From the human T2T-CHM13v2.0 reference genome, Homo sapiens: a DNA stretch of 64,000 nt. The stretch's first letter is position 1. Each line of letters opens with the position of its first letter. Both the position numbers and the translations under genes were made by a program. The notes below the pieces were generated by a model. It had not been told where the DNA came from and did not search any database. It was given only the letters and a program-made list of their open reading frames with translations. Location: assembly GCF_009914755.1 (NCBI RefSeq), contig NC_060942.1, one strand, 5' to 3'. Positions 28,330 to 42,754 of this stretch are shown piece after piece.

Positions 28330-30350
28330 AATAGTAAAAGACTGGAAAAACCCCATGCCAACAAGAAGAGGATAGATTAAATAAACTATCAACTGCTATG
28401 GAGCCATCACTAGGATGTATTATTATCTCATGAAAAAGCATAGAGCGGAAAATAATATGTAATATCACATTTTCTATAAGAAGGGTAGGAAATATGAATG
28501 GAAGGAAGAAATCTGTGTCTTAAGGTTTTCATACTAAACCACATATATATATTATCTAACTATGAAATAAAATTGACAGAAAAAGTAATCATCCAAAATA
28601 AAGGTGAAATGAAATAAACAAATAAATATATCTGTATATCAAGTTCTATAACCATAAGAATTATTTCAAGTGATTAAAAATGACATACCAGGAACTATTT
28701 ATCCCTGGTGTGCTATATTCTAAGAACAAAAAGAATAGCAAAATAATCTTGAACTATATTCACTCATAATATTGTTAGTGGAAATATTGGTATTGCCATT
28801 TTGAACTGTGAACTGTGTTTGGTGTGTTTATGTACACAGGTTCACATTATAGAATAAAGCCAACAGGTAATTGTGTTAACATCATGAAGAATCAAGCTAT
28901 TTATCATAAAAGAAAAAATAAAATATACAACAAAAATGTTAGGTGAAGCCGGTGAAGTCGGGCATGGTGGCTCACATCTGTAATCCCAGCATTTTGGGAG
29001 GCCAAAGTGGACCGATCACTTGAGGTCAGGAGTTTGAGACTAGCCTGGCCAACATGGTGGAACCCCGTCTCTACTAAAAATATAAAAATTAGCTGGGCAT
29101 GGTGCACATCTGTAATCCCAGCTACTCGGGAGGCTGAAGCACAAGAATCACTTGAACCCAGGAGGTACAAAATAATGATTTATTTTCCTTTAAATAATAT
29201 ATATTCTACCTTTATTCACTAAAAAACCTAGAAATAGTAGCAGTTAGCATCCCTCACGGCCAGACTGTGGTCTTTGAATATCATATCCTACCAAAAAGGA
29301 AACTAGGACTTCTTGGCTGATCCAGGTCTGGGGTAAGAAATATGTAAAGTGAGCTTATAATTATTATTTACTATAATAAATAGTAAATAACTAATAAGTA
29401 AACTATAATAAAAAGCCCTGTGGAGTAGGATTATTAATCTTATGTTACTGATAAGAAGCCAAGACTCCACTCCCATAGTCTGAGATATCTGGTCATATCA
29501 GCAAGCAAAAAAGTGATCAATACTATTTGAATAAGACACAAAACCCATCCTGAAGAAGAATGTCTATGATGGATTGAAACTTATCAAAAATGTTAAATCC
29601 CTGAATTTATGATGACTGAAGAAAAACCCGCAACAACCACAATGCTTACTGTCCACCTTTAGAAGCACATAAGGCAAAAGCTCAATGCACATAAACCAAA
29701 AGTATACTAAAACCTGGCAAAAAAAGAAACAAGCATGTATTATATGAACTATATTTCATAGCAACCAAGTAGTTGATGAGGGAAAGTTTATTTATTGAAT
29801 TCCAGCTAATAAATTCAAAAGGAGAGATAAAATTAGAAAATCTATATTTTGCAACCCTTGATGAAGTAAAAAAACCTAAGCATCATCACCTAAAGCTAAA
29901 AACATTAGTGAATATTTAATGAGGAAACTTTAACCTGAGAGACACCATTAATCAATCTTAACATAAATTAAGGATCTTAAGAGATACAGGACCAAATGCA
30001 ACATATGAATCTTGTTTGGATTTTGATTCAAAAAAATCAACTATGTAAAGACATTTTTTAGACTAACTGGATAACATGTGATGTTAAAGAATTGTTGTAA
30101 TTTTGCTAGCTGTGATAATTGTGACATTCTTTAAAAGGATTGTATCTTTTAGTAATACCTACTGACATATTTGCAGGTGAAATTGTGTTACATTTGGAAC
30201 TGCTTTAAAACTCAAAGAGAGAGGTAAAAAGGACATGCGGATAAAGATTAAGGAAATTTAGCAAAACATAGATAACTATTGAAACTGGGTGATGAGTCTA
30301 TAGGGTTCATTGTATTCCTCTATGTATTTTGGTTTTGTTTGAAATTTCTA
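28330..30350 (+). mobile_element. Old L1M (L1MC-like) 3' region, interrupted by an Alu and a templated insert
   Basis: L1M 3'UTR-like motifs (ccaaatgcaacatatgaatcttgtttggatt; actgggtgatgagtctatagggttcattgtatt...gaaatttctataataaa). Boundaries approximate. Confidence 0.6.
28957..29166 (+). mobile_element. Alu, 3'-truncated
   Basis: Left arm plus part of the right arm, ending at cccaggaggt. Confidence 0.92.
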
Positions 30351-30389
30351 TAATAAATAGTAAATAACTAATAATTAAACTATAATAAA

Positions 30390-30530
30390 AAGCCCTGTGA
30401 GGTAGGATTATTAATCCTATGTTACTGATAAGAAGCCAAGACTCCACTCCCATAGTAACATTAACTTACCCAAGACGAAGTAAAATTAATAGAGCTAAAA
30501 CGCCAACCTTGGTCTTTTAGAAGTTCAGAG
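30390..30530 (+). mobile_element. Degenerate MIR overlapping CCDC68 exon 2 (antisense to the transcript)
   Basis: ccctgtgaggtaggattattaatcctatgttactgataagaa...taacttacccaag...agagct matches the MIR core layout. Confidence 0.6.
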
Positions 30531-30559
30531 ATGTTTCCATCATATTAAGACTGGCTTCC
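30470..30559 (-). other. CCDC68: Probable non-coding CCDC68 5'UTR exon 2
   Basis: Acceptor ttgtttctctccag|GG and strong donor TGG|gtaagt bracket 90 nt, between the CpG island and the ATG exon. Confidence 0.7.
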
Positions 30560-31012
30560 CTGGAGAGAAACAATAACAACAACAAAATATTTAAAATCTA
30601 ACAGTTGTGAGCTAGGCTGCAAAAAAAACCACAAAGAATTTGCATATTTGAGGGCATCACTTTGAAACAAGATCGCTTCTGGGGATACTACAAAGTCCTG
30701 CATTTATCCTTTAATCTTCAATGAAATTGACAGAGGATGCCAAGAATTTTCCATTTTATTATAAATCCTCTTAGCAGCTATGGCTTCTATTAAATATTTG
30801 TTTCCGCTGAAGTTGATTTGGCAGCAGCAACTCTGCAAGTGTGCTTTTGCAAACTGTGAATGGAAGTACGTCTCTTACTGGGTCCTCTGAAGTATCTTCC
30901 GGGATTAACATATTGGTGCAAAACAACATTTAAATGCTTGAAGTAAGAGAAACACCCATAGAGTCAATATGCAGTGTGCTTGGAAGCCAGAGAGAGGATG
31001 GTCAGGCCAGGG

Positions 31013-31430
31013 TAGGGGTCAGCAAACCCCAGCCTGGGAGCTCAATCCAGTTTCCCTCCTGTTTGTACAGCCCCAGAGCTAAGAATGGTTCTTACATTTT
31101 TGAATGGTCAAACAAAAAAATCAAAAGAAGAATAACATTTCATGGCACATGAAAATTATATGAATTTCAAATTTAGTATTCATAAAAATGGTTGGAAAAA
31201 ATCAAAGGAGAACATTTCAAGACACATGAAAATTATATGAAGTTCAAATGTAGTGCCTATAAATGAAGTTTTACTCTAATACAAGATAGCCATTCATGTA
31301 CATATCTTTTATGTCGCTTTGGCGCCACAAACAGCAGAGTTCAGTAGTTGTGACAGAGAAAGTACGTGGCAGGCAACGCCTAAAATATTTCCTTATCTAG
31401 CCCTTTACAGGAAACGTTTGCTGACCTTTG
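31013..31430. mobile_element. MER58B-like hAT element with an internal tandem duplication
   Basis: TIR-like aggggtcagcaaac...gtttgctgacctttg. gagctaagaatggtt, gaaaattatatgaa and cctaaaatattt...ccctttacag motifs. Confidence 0.8.
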
Positions 31431-32569
31431 GGTTGGGGCTTGGCAAGGAGTGGGGGCAGGACCAGTGGGAAAATAGAGGCAAGCAAAGCAATCGATCTGG
31501 CCTGAGTTTGTTTTTTTCCTCCAGTACAGTACCCTGGATCTACAGTCCCATTTGACTGATTTACTTTCATTTTCCTTTTTAGTATGTTATGCAATGTGTA
31601 CATTAACAAATCATAAGAGGCATTTTATCATAGGAATGAATCGCTCTTTAGAATGAATCCCACTGCCTTCTCAGGCTCTTTCATAATTTGAAAATTGCAT
31701 CGGGCCTTATGTCTTTTATCCTAAAATATACTCTCTTATGTACCTTTTATTCTTAAAATCAAGGAATTTTGTTTCTTGATGACTGATATTTCTGAAAACT
31801 TCCCACCTTTTCCACTCACTGGTTGGGCCACCTTAAACAAGTTACATAAAATCTTTGTCTTCACTTACATAGCTGTCAGGTAGGGGTGATAACACCTAGA
31901 GATAGGAAAATGAGTTTTTTTTTTTTAAATGCCTGCTAGCAGAAGGCACTCACTGGACAGTCACTGTCAATAGTGTTGCCCTGTTATTTTATATTATCAA
32001 TAGCCACAGAAGACAAGCAGGGCAGGTAGTTCACATCTATCTGGTTGCAAAGCTTTATAACTGTATCCATATGAAATTAAATTCCATTTCTGTCTTTGGT
32101 TCAGAAAACTTTTGTACCCAGAGTCCTTGGTTGGTATAAAGAAACCCAAGGGGAACATAAGCCGGCGAAGTCCAAATTGCCATATGGCATTACTATCCTG
32201 GGGAAAATCCATGTTAGCATTTTATTTCAGCCAGAAGTAGATTAAGGGGATAAAATTTTCAAAATAAATCACAATCAGTTAATTAAAGTAAGGAAAGACT
32301 TTTATTTGTCTTATGCTAGAATGGATTGAAGACAGCTTACAGGTGGCATCACGCCAAGAGGAGGTATTTCCTAGACAAGTGCCTTTCAAACAGGGCTCCC
32401 AGGGAGGAGGCAGAGGGCTGCTGAATAGACAGGGCTCTGCCACCTCAACTTCAACCACCCCAGCTCTGCTTTATTCTGTCTCACACACTGAATTTTTCCA
32501 TGAGGCTTTCTGTGAAGAAAGAGGGTTCCACAGCTGAAACAGTTTAGAGGCAGCCTGCCTAGTCTCATG

Positions 32570-32770
32570 GCTCCATTCTGCCACTCCATACCTGTGTGAC
32601 CTCTGTCAAGTCCCTTAACTTCTCTGTGCCTCGGTTTCCTTAACAGTAAAATGAAAATAACATTAATTATTAACAATAATCAGTGTGGGGTTGTTCATGA
32701 GTTAATATTTGTCAAGCACTTATAGCAGCACATTTAATATATAATAAATGATTTGTACATATTTGTCAAA
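32570..32770. mobile_element. MIR
   Basis: tgtgtgacctctgtcaagtcccttaacttctctgtgcctcggtttcct...gtaaaatgaaaataac. Confidence 0.7.
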
Positions 32771-33166
32771 CAAGTACATAAAATATGAAACCACTATCCA
32801 CAATTAAGGCTGACATGAAATCTGGGTGGTTTCCTTTCTTCCAGGAAAGAAGCAGGTTATATTTTAAATAATCTGTTACTGGGCTATGAAGGAAAAATTG
32901 CTTTGGGGGACTTTAAGACTAGCAAACCCGGGGGAGAAATTCCTTATTGCTAATGCACCGATAATTTGTCAGTTTCCTCAAACAATGATGCTAACATCTA
33001 TTGAAGAGTTTACAATCTACAAAGCAATGCACACACGTTATTGTGAACCATAATCCATGTGATAAACCACCACACCACCAGGCACCCAGGAGAATCTAAC
33101 TAAACCTTGTGCTCTGGTTAATGACATGAGAATAGCAGTACTACACAATAAACACAAACAAATGCC

Positions 33167-33629
33167 TGTGATGGGTTGAATTGTGTCCTCCCTTCAAATT
33201 CATGTTAAAGTCCTAACCCCCAGTTCCTCAGAATGGGACCTTATTTAAAAATAGGGTTTTGCAGGTGTAATTAGTTCAGTAAACATGAGGTCACACTGGA
33301 GTAGGGTGGATCCCTACTCCAATATGACTGATATCCTTATGAAAAGGAGCAATGTGTCGAGAGATGAGAACACCGAATGCCCTGTGAAAATGAAGGCAGA
33401 GATGTAGCGATGCTTCTGCATGCCAAGGAACACCAACGATTACTAGCAAACCACCAGAAGCAGGGGAGAGGCATGAAACAGATCTCTCCCACAGCCTTCA
33501 AGAGGAACCAGCCCTGCAGACACCTTGATCTTGAACTTCTAGGCTCTAGAACTGAGAGATGATCCATTTCCCTGTTCAAGCCACTCTGTGTGTGGCACTT
33601 TGTTAGAGCAACCCTAGAAAAGGATTACA
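33167..33629 (+). mobile_element. MLT1B/C-like MaLR LTR
   Basis: tgtgatgggttgaattgtgtcc...gccaaggaacaccaa...ccctgcagacaccttgatcttgaacttc...ctttgttagagcaaccctag. Confidence 0.85.
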
Positions 33630-33689
33630 GACACTGTTTATATTGTAGAGACTGTAACAAGAGTGTTTCCTTTCTTTACTTAACTCTTG

Positions 33690-34065
33690 ATTCATTTATT
33701 GAGAGAGTAAATATTTACAGAAAGCCACTGTGTTAGGAACTGTGGTTACAGGGCTGAGCCAAAGACCCTAGTTTCGTAGGATTTTCAGTACAAAGGGAGA
33801 GACAGACATTAAACAAACGAGTAAATATAGAGGGAGTCTAAGGGAGGCTGTGATGAGTGACGTGAAGAAAAGCTGATCAGGGGACCAAGGGTAAAAGGAG
33901 GTGCTGTTCTAGATGAGCAGTGAGGGAAGCTGATCTGAGGAGGTGGTATTTGAGCAAAAGATGAAGAAAATCAGGTGCAAGCCATGTGGCTCTCTGGGAT
34001 CTAGGAGAAGAGAGTTCCAGGCAAATGGGAAAGCAAGAGCAGAGGCTGGCAGGTGCCTAGAGCAG
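33690..34065 (-). mobile_element. L2 fragment
   Basis: ttcatttattga...gacagacattaaacaa...ctgaggaggtggtatttgagcaaa...gttccaggcaaatgggaaagcaaga. Confidence 0.55.
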
Positions 34066-34068
34066 TGT

Positions 34069-34378
34069 TTTTGTTTGTTTGTTTGTTTTTTGAGACAAGG
34101 TCTCTCACTCTCTTGCCCAGGTTTGAGTTAAGTGGCGTGATCTCTGCTTACTTCAACCTCTACTTCCTGGGTTCCAGTGATTCTCGTGCCTCAGCTTCCC
34201 AAGTAGCTGGGATTACAGAGCTGCATCACTAAACCCAGCTAATTTTTTTGTATTTTTAGTAGAGATGGGGTTTCGCCATGTTGGCCAGGCTGGTCTTGAA
34301 CTCCTGTGCTCAAGTGATCCACCCACCTTGGCTTCCCAAAGTGTTGGGATTACAGGCATGAGCCACAGCACCCGGTCC
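34069..34378 (-). mobile_element. Alu with (TTTG)n tail
   Basis: Reverse Alu. TSD cctagagcagtgtt. Confidence 0.93.
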
Positions 34379-35868
34379 CTAGAGCAGTGTTCTAAGAAAA
34401 CCACGGCACATAGCGAAGTCTACCATTTTCTTTTCTTTTAATGTTGCAGGACCTTTTTCTTTTTGATCTAAACTTTTTGAGGCTTCGTTTGCCTAAGGAG
34501 TTGTCTCCTTGGCCACATTAAAACAGGTCTAGCAGTGGCTATTACGGATCCCCCAGGATTGAGGCAAAGACAGAGTGAAGCTGTCAGGTACTGCAAGGTG
34601 TAAACAACTGACTCCAGGTCAGCCCAGAGAAGGGACAATGAAGTCTGATTGACCGCACAGAGGTATTCACTCACGTCTGGGGGCTGCTGATTGAAAAGCA
34701 CCATGCTGGATGTCTGGCAGGTTTTGGCTAGCTTGTGCTTGAATCTCCTTCCCAGATATGCTGAGGCACCATCTGTATGAGTCTTGCAGGAAAGGTCTCT
34801 TACTTGTTCATGCTCACTCCCTGGAGCTGGGGCACAGGGACAACATCTAGAATCAGCCAAATGACAGCTCCCGCTGGAAGTGCAACTCAGGGAATGGCCA
34901 TCTGGCTGGTTGGAGCTGGAGGCAGTGGAAATCCAGTCATTGTTCAGGAAAGGGAAGGAGTCTCTGACACAGAGTGGTGCTTCATGTCCAAGTGGCAGGA
35001 AATTCAGTGGCAGTATCCAGTGGCCAGTGTCCAGTGGCTACGTCAGGAGGATCCTAACTCCTCATCTCACAACCTGATTTCACCGGTGTCCTAGCATATG
35101 AGATCCTCCCATTTTCCAAACCTAGTTTTTCAACATTCCCATCAATTCCGGTAGCTGCTCTATATCCTCTCAGTAAATTCTTCTTCTACCAAGTCAGCCA
35201 GAGTCAATTACTCTGGATTGCAATCAAGAGCCCTGCTTGGTTTTAGCACAGTTTCTGAGTTTTCAGATTTTTGTTTCCTGGTTCTAAGAGATTATTTGTT
35301 CATTTCTGATTACTATTTTATAGAGCTTGAATATTAGAAACTGAAAAAGTAAGTCACTACAAAAGTGCCACACGGATAATTCGGTTATATGAGGGAAAAT
35401 AGCGAACGTTATCTCCAAACCCTTGATGAGGCTAACCATGTCCTGAATACTAAATAGCACACCTGTTCTGCAGCTTCATTACACAGCACAATGGTGACAT
35501 CCAGTGTCAGCTGGCTAAATCTCAGGTGACTGTGCAGTTTACCTGAAAACGATGCACAGTATACGAAAGACATGCATGTTACGCTGTACCCAAGTTCTGT
35601 TTTCAAATAAGAATCCAAACTTTTGCTAAGCAGAATTAATTTTATTCAACTACATGCTAATCATTTGTATATACACATATATTATAGCCAGTGCTATAGA
35701 AAATTCTTAGATATAAGATAAAAGCTATTTCGGAGGAAAAATGAAATATTAGTGTAAACACAATATATAAATATGTACTATTGACAAAACATGTGCCATT
35801 TACCAAATAATTTTTCATATATTGCCCAAATTAATCATTACTTCACTGTGTTATTGTTATTATCTTCA

Positions 35869-35871
<3 letters not shown>

Positions 35872-35910
<39 letters not shown>
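35872..35910. repeat. (TA)n microsatellite, ~19 units
   Basis: Seen directly. Confidence 0.95.
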
Positions 35911-35914
<4 letters not shown>

Positions 35915-35956
35915 CAATAAGGCACAAAAAAGGATGTAAGATTTTCTAGGTTATAA

Positions 35957-36306
<350 letters not shown>

Positions 36307-36479
36307 CAGATGTCTTTTTAATGAAATAGTCTATCCTCATAGTTCACTGGCATAATTTGAAACATTGAAAAACAGCTGAAAGCTTCAGCCAATGTTCAGT
36401 TCAGCAACTAAACTGCAAAAAGGTACAAAGCACATGCATCCCTTCCCATCTGGAGAAGAGTGGGAAGGAGGGGCCAGGA

Positions 36480-37110
36480 TTTGTTAAGTGAGGACTTTAT
36501 GCCAGGTAGGGTATGCTCTCTATAATACTTCTCACATATGCCCTGAGAGGTTGATATTATTATTCCCATTTTGCAGATGAAGAAACAAGGCTCAACAAGA
36601 TAAACAAAGATAACTAGTTGGTGGCCATTGGATCCCAAACCATGAGTTGTCTGGCTCTTTCTCATGAGTCTACTAGCTCCTTCTAACTTACCACTTTGCC
36701 TCTGCTACATTCTGAAGGAGTTTCTAAGCCTCAACTTCTTGGGCCCAAGATAGCTTAAGAATCAAAGTTTTCCAAAGTAGGTCACCAAGTAACAGTCATA
36801 GAACTCCTGATGGGAGGTCCCAGGTGTGTCCTTCAGGAGCCTGAACAGATGTTGTTGTCCCAGTAGATTTATTCCATGAACAAAGGCAGTTTGGCTGCAT
36901 GGCTTAAAAACAAGGGATTTGGACTCAGTTGTTCTGCCTACAAGACTCTGTTCCACTTCATCACCAGCTGGGAGGTCTTGGAAAATCATTTAAACTCCCT
37001 AAGCCTCAGTTCCTCAACAGAAAAATTCAGATGAGAATGCCAGCCTTCTCAGAGCTATGTGAGGATTAAATGAGATAATGCATGAAAAGTGCTTAATGGA
37101 GCATCTGACT
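36480..37110. mobile_element. Two MIR fragments in opposite orientations
   Basis: cccattttgcagatgaagaaacaaggctca (~36566) and aagcctcagttcctcaacag...gtgaggattaaatgagataatgcatg (~37000). Confidence 0.6.
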
Positions 37111-37529
37111 TCATGCACATTAAATTAATATTAAATCATAATGTTTATACTCACAACTTATTGTGGACATTTGCTTGTAGGACATGATTTGAAAGTGTCA
37201 ATTCCCAAGCTTAGTTTTCCCCTCACTATTCTTTCCTTAACCCATCAGCCAATTATTCCTCCTGATGTGAACTTCTCTATTAACAAGTCAACCCAAAAGC
37301 TGAGTAACACTTGCCAGTCAATAAAATATAAAAGGAAGCTGAGGTCAATGACATATGTCACAGTCACTTGCAACATTTACATGATGCCCTTTTAGAAAAT
37401 GTCATTTGTGGCTCTATAAAATATTTTAGGAGTGAAGAGCCCAGGAATTTATAAAATACCTACAGTTTTCTGAGCTTGTCCTGGATTATTTTAGCTTGAA
37501 CATAATTTATGTCATTTAAAAAAATTATC

Positions 37530-38445
<916 letters not shown>

Positions 38446-38596
38446 TAACCTGGCAGGATCTAAAAAAAGCAATGAACAATTGAGATTTCAAAATCCAAGA
38501 ACCTTCACTGATTTTATCAGAAGTAACTGGAAGCCAAAATTAATTGGATTTGTTTTTCTTCATTCAAATTCTTGACCCCCAAAAGAGTGTAAATGA

Positions 38597-38610
38597 TTAT
38601 ATATATACAT

Positions 38611-38661
<51 letters not shown>

Positions 38662-38675
38662 TACATAGATAGAGA
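38597..38675. repeat. Compound (TA)/(CA)/(TA)/(GA) microsatellite
   Basis: Seen directly. Confidence 0.9.
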
Positions 38676-39055
38676 GCAATGGAATCAGGGTTGTTAAAAA
38701 CAACAGGCAACTGGGCTGCTGATTCTAGCTCACGCTACATGACTGTCAATTAAACTTAGCATTCAGTATGACAGAAACAAGGAAAGCCTTTTAAACATTT
38801 TTAAAAACTTAATCATAAGCACTGTTTATTAAAGGTGATAAAGTAGAAGGAAATATACAATAATACATAAGAAATATAAGAATATTTCCAACAAGCTTTA
38901 AATCTAATTTGTGAACCTAGAACTTCTTTTCTCATCTACCCATTCCTTTTCTAATAGCTTTCTAGATGCACAATATGTTTTCATTCTTCATATTTGTCCA
39001 TCTGCACATACACTGTTGGATCGATGATGAAAATATCTACTTATTCAGGGCCTGA

Positions 39056-39487
<432 letters not shown>

Positions 39488-39551
39488 TGAAGACGTTTGA
39501 CTTATCCAAGAGCAGCATCCTACCAAAATCCAGGTGTTTATAGAAAGATAG

Positions 39552-39770
<219 letters not shown>

Positions 39771-40129
39771 TAGATGGTAAATACCTCTTAGGAGATACTT
39801 GCTATAAAATCGTGAGTATAAGGCTAGAAAAAAAATGCATTTGTTTTAGAATTTTAAAAATCCTTACCAAGGAAACAAAGGTGTATTACCAAACAAGATT
39901 GATTACTCCATCCAATCACAAACAGATCATCAAAACAGTAGTAGTATTCTCATCTAGGAGTTTTAGGAAGTTGTTTGACATTTCAAGCAGAAAAAAATGA
40001 GTTGCAAATGAAGACATTCAGCTTTGGAAAACTATATTATTTAACCTACATTATCTTCTTTTCAAATTGTAGATGTTAAAAAAAAATAGTTTGCATTCTA
40101 AATTGCCAATAAAATAGACTTCAAAAGTT

Positions 40130-40432
40130 GGCCACAGTGGTTCACATCTATAATCCCAGCACTTTGGGAGGCCAAGGTGGAAGGATTGCTTAAGGCCGGG
40201 AATTGGAGGCCAGTCTGGGTAACACAGTGATGCCCCATCTATGAAAAAAAAAATTTAATTAGCTAGGCATGGTGCCACATTCCTGTAGTCCCAGCCATAC
40301 AGGAGGCTGAGTGAGGCAGGAGGATCACTTGAGCCCAGGAGTTTGAGGCTTCAGTGAGCTAGGATCCTGACACTGCACTCCAGCGTCAGTGACAGAATAC
40401 AACCCCGTCTTGAAAAACACACACACACACAA
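40130..40432 (+). mobile_element. AluJ-like element with a CA tail
   Basis: Diverged Alu (ggattgcttaaggcc; ggatcacttgagcccaggagtttgaggct). Confidence 0.88.
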
Positions 40433-40670
40433 ACAGACCTCAAGTTATTTTGATGCTCTTTTTTTTCCCCCAAAAGGAATTTGCAATTTGAGTAGTAACT
40501 TAAGGGCACTCAGAGAGACACTGTCTTCTTTTTAGGCTCACAGAACTGGCTAGATTTTTATAAAAGGATTTCTGTTCTACTAGAGAAATCTTCCTAAGAG
40601 GATATTTAAGCATAAGTTGTGAAGCATGACCCGCCCCCACCACTCAAAATGCATTTGCCATAATAGTTAG

Positions 40671-41374
<704 letters not shown>

Positions 41375-41594
41375 AAGGTAAGAAGTTCTTAACATTGGTT
41401 TGTTGGAGAGTTACACACAGAAAACACCACTGCTTAATAGGAACCTGGATGTTTAACTCTTGGCATTCATATTTAAAATTATCATAGAAGAGAGTCAAAG
41501 CACCAAATAAGAGGTTGGCTCATATCAGTTATTCTCACATTATGCTACCATAGAAGCTGCACCAATGTATCTGTTTTACCATGCAAAAGTATTT

Positions 41595-42022
41595 GCAGAA
41601 AGGTCTACCAAATGGTGAACAAAATGCGGCATAGCCATGGCATGGAATAAATCCTAGTTAAGCAATAAAAAGGAACCAACTACAGCTACATGTGACAACC
41701 TGAATAAACCTCAACAGCTATTCTAACTGAAAAAAGCCAGATGCTAAAGACTATATATTGTACGATTCCATCTGTATGAAATGTCCAGAAAAGGCAGATC
41801 TAAACAGACAAAATAGATTAGGGGTTGCTGGGGCTGGGGTAAGAACGGTGAGTGATTGCAAACAGGCCCCAGGGATATTTGGGGAATGATGAAGTGATCT
41901 AAAATTGGATTGTGCTAATGGTTGCACCATTCAGTAAATTTACCAAAAATCATTGAATTATACACTTGGATGTATTTTATGGTATGTAAATTATACCTCC
42001 AATAAAGCTTTTTTAAAAAAAA
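41595..42022 (+). mobile_element. L1MB/MC-type 3' end
   Basis: gattccatctgtatgaaatgtccagaaaaggcagatct...ttttatggtatgtaaattatacctccaataaagc. Confidence 0.75.
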
Positions 42023-42697
42023 ATACAGAAGGAAAAGTAAGAATAACTTGAATAAAGATGCTGTTTTCCTCTGGGGGTGGGGTGAATGTAACTGTAGTCT
42101 TATTTTTCTAATTTATAGGAAAAAATATAATTTAATGGATAGATGTTTTTCAGTTTTAAATTTTTTGTTCATTAATTTTTGTCTCTAGATTATTGTCATC
42201 CATACTACAAGTTTAGTTTTTATTTAATTTGCATGAAATTGATACTTAGCTATTTTAAGTTAATATTTCATAACATTAAGCCTGGAACACATGATTCCTA
42301 AGTTCTTCCCCAACCTAAACAAAAGAGAAAACCACTGAGCAGAATAACATGCAAGCTCCTCTATCATTTTTAGACTTGACTTTTTAAATCAGTGAAAGGA
42401 AATATGTGATTTGAAACTAATCTAGTTTTAGTCACTGTCGAAATTGAATGGATCATTTATGTGGTCTGTAAATCTATGGCCTTGACTTGGGGTGGCCTGG
42501 AGGACTCCAATGTAGTAAATTCCAGGAGGATAGAAATGTGTCTGATTTACACAGGGCTGTGTTTGGCCCAGACCCTACTTCCCCTCCCATCTGGTTCTCC
42601 CACACAGAACACAGTGTCCTCAATAAATATTGTTTCAATGAATACATGAATAGGCCCACAAATTTACAGATGTACCAAATAGTTTCTAAAACAATGT

Positions 42698-42710
42698 ACA
42701 CACACACACA

Positions 42711-42749
<39 letters not shown>
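42698..42749. repeat. (CA)n(CT)n compound microsatellite
   Basis: Seen directly. Confidence 0.93.

Positions 42750-42754
<5 letters not shown>

Noticed and set aside
34480-35240. Possible old MaLR/ERVL LTR (similarly ~17650-17970 and ~51270-52010)
   Set aside because: Only the ends look LTR-like. I cannot assign a family or boundaries by eye.
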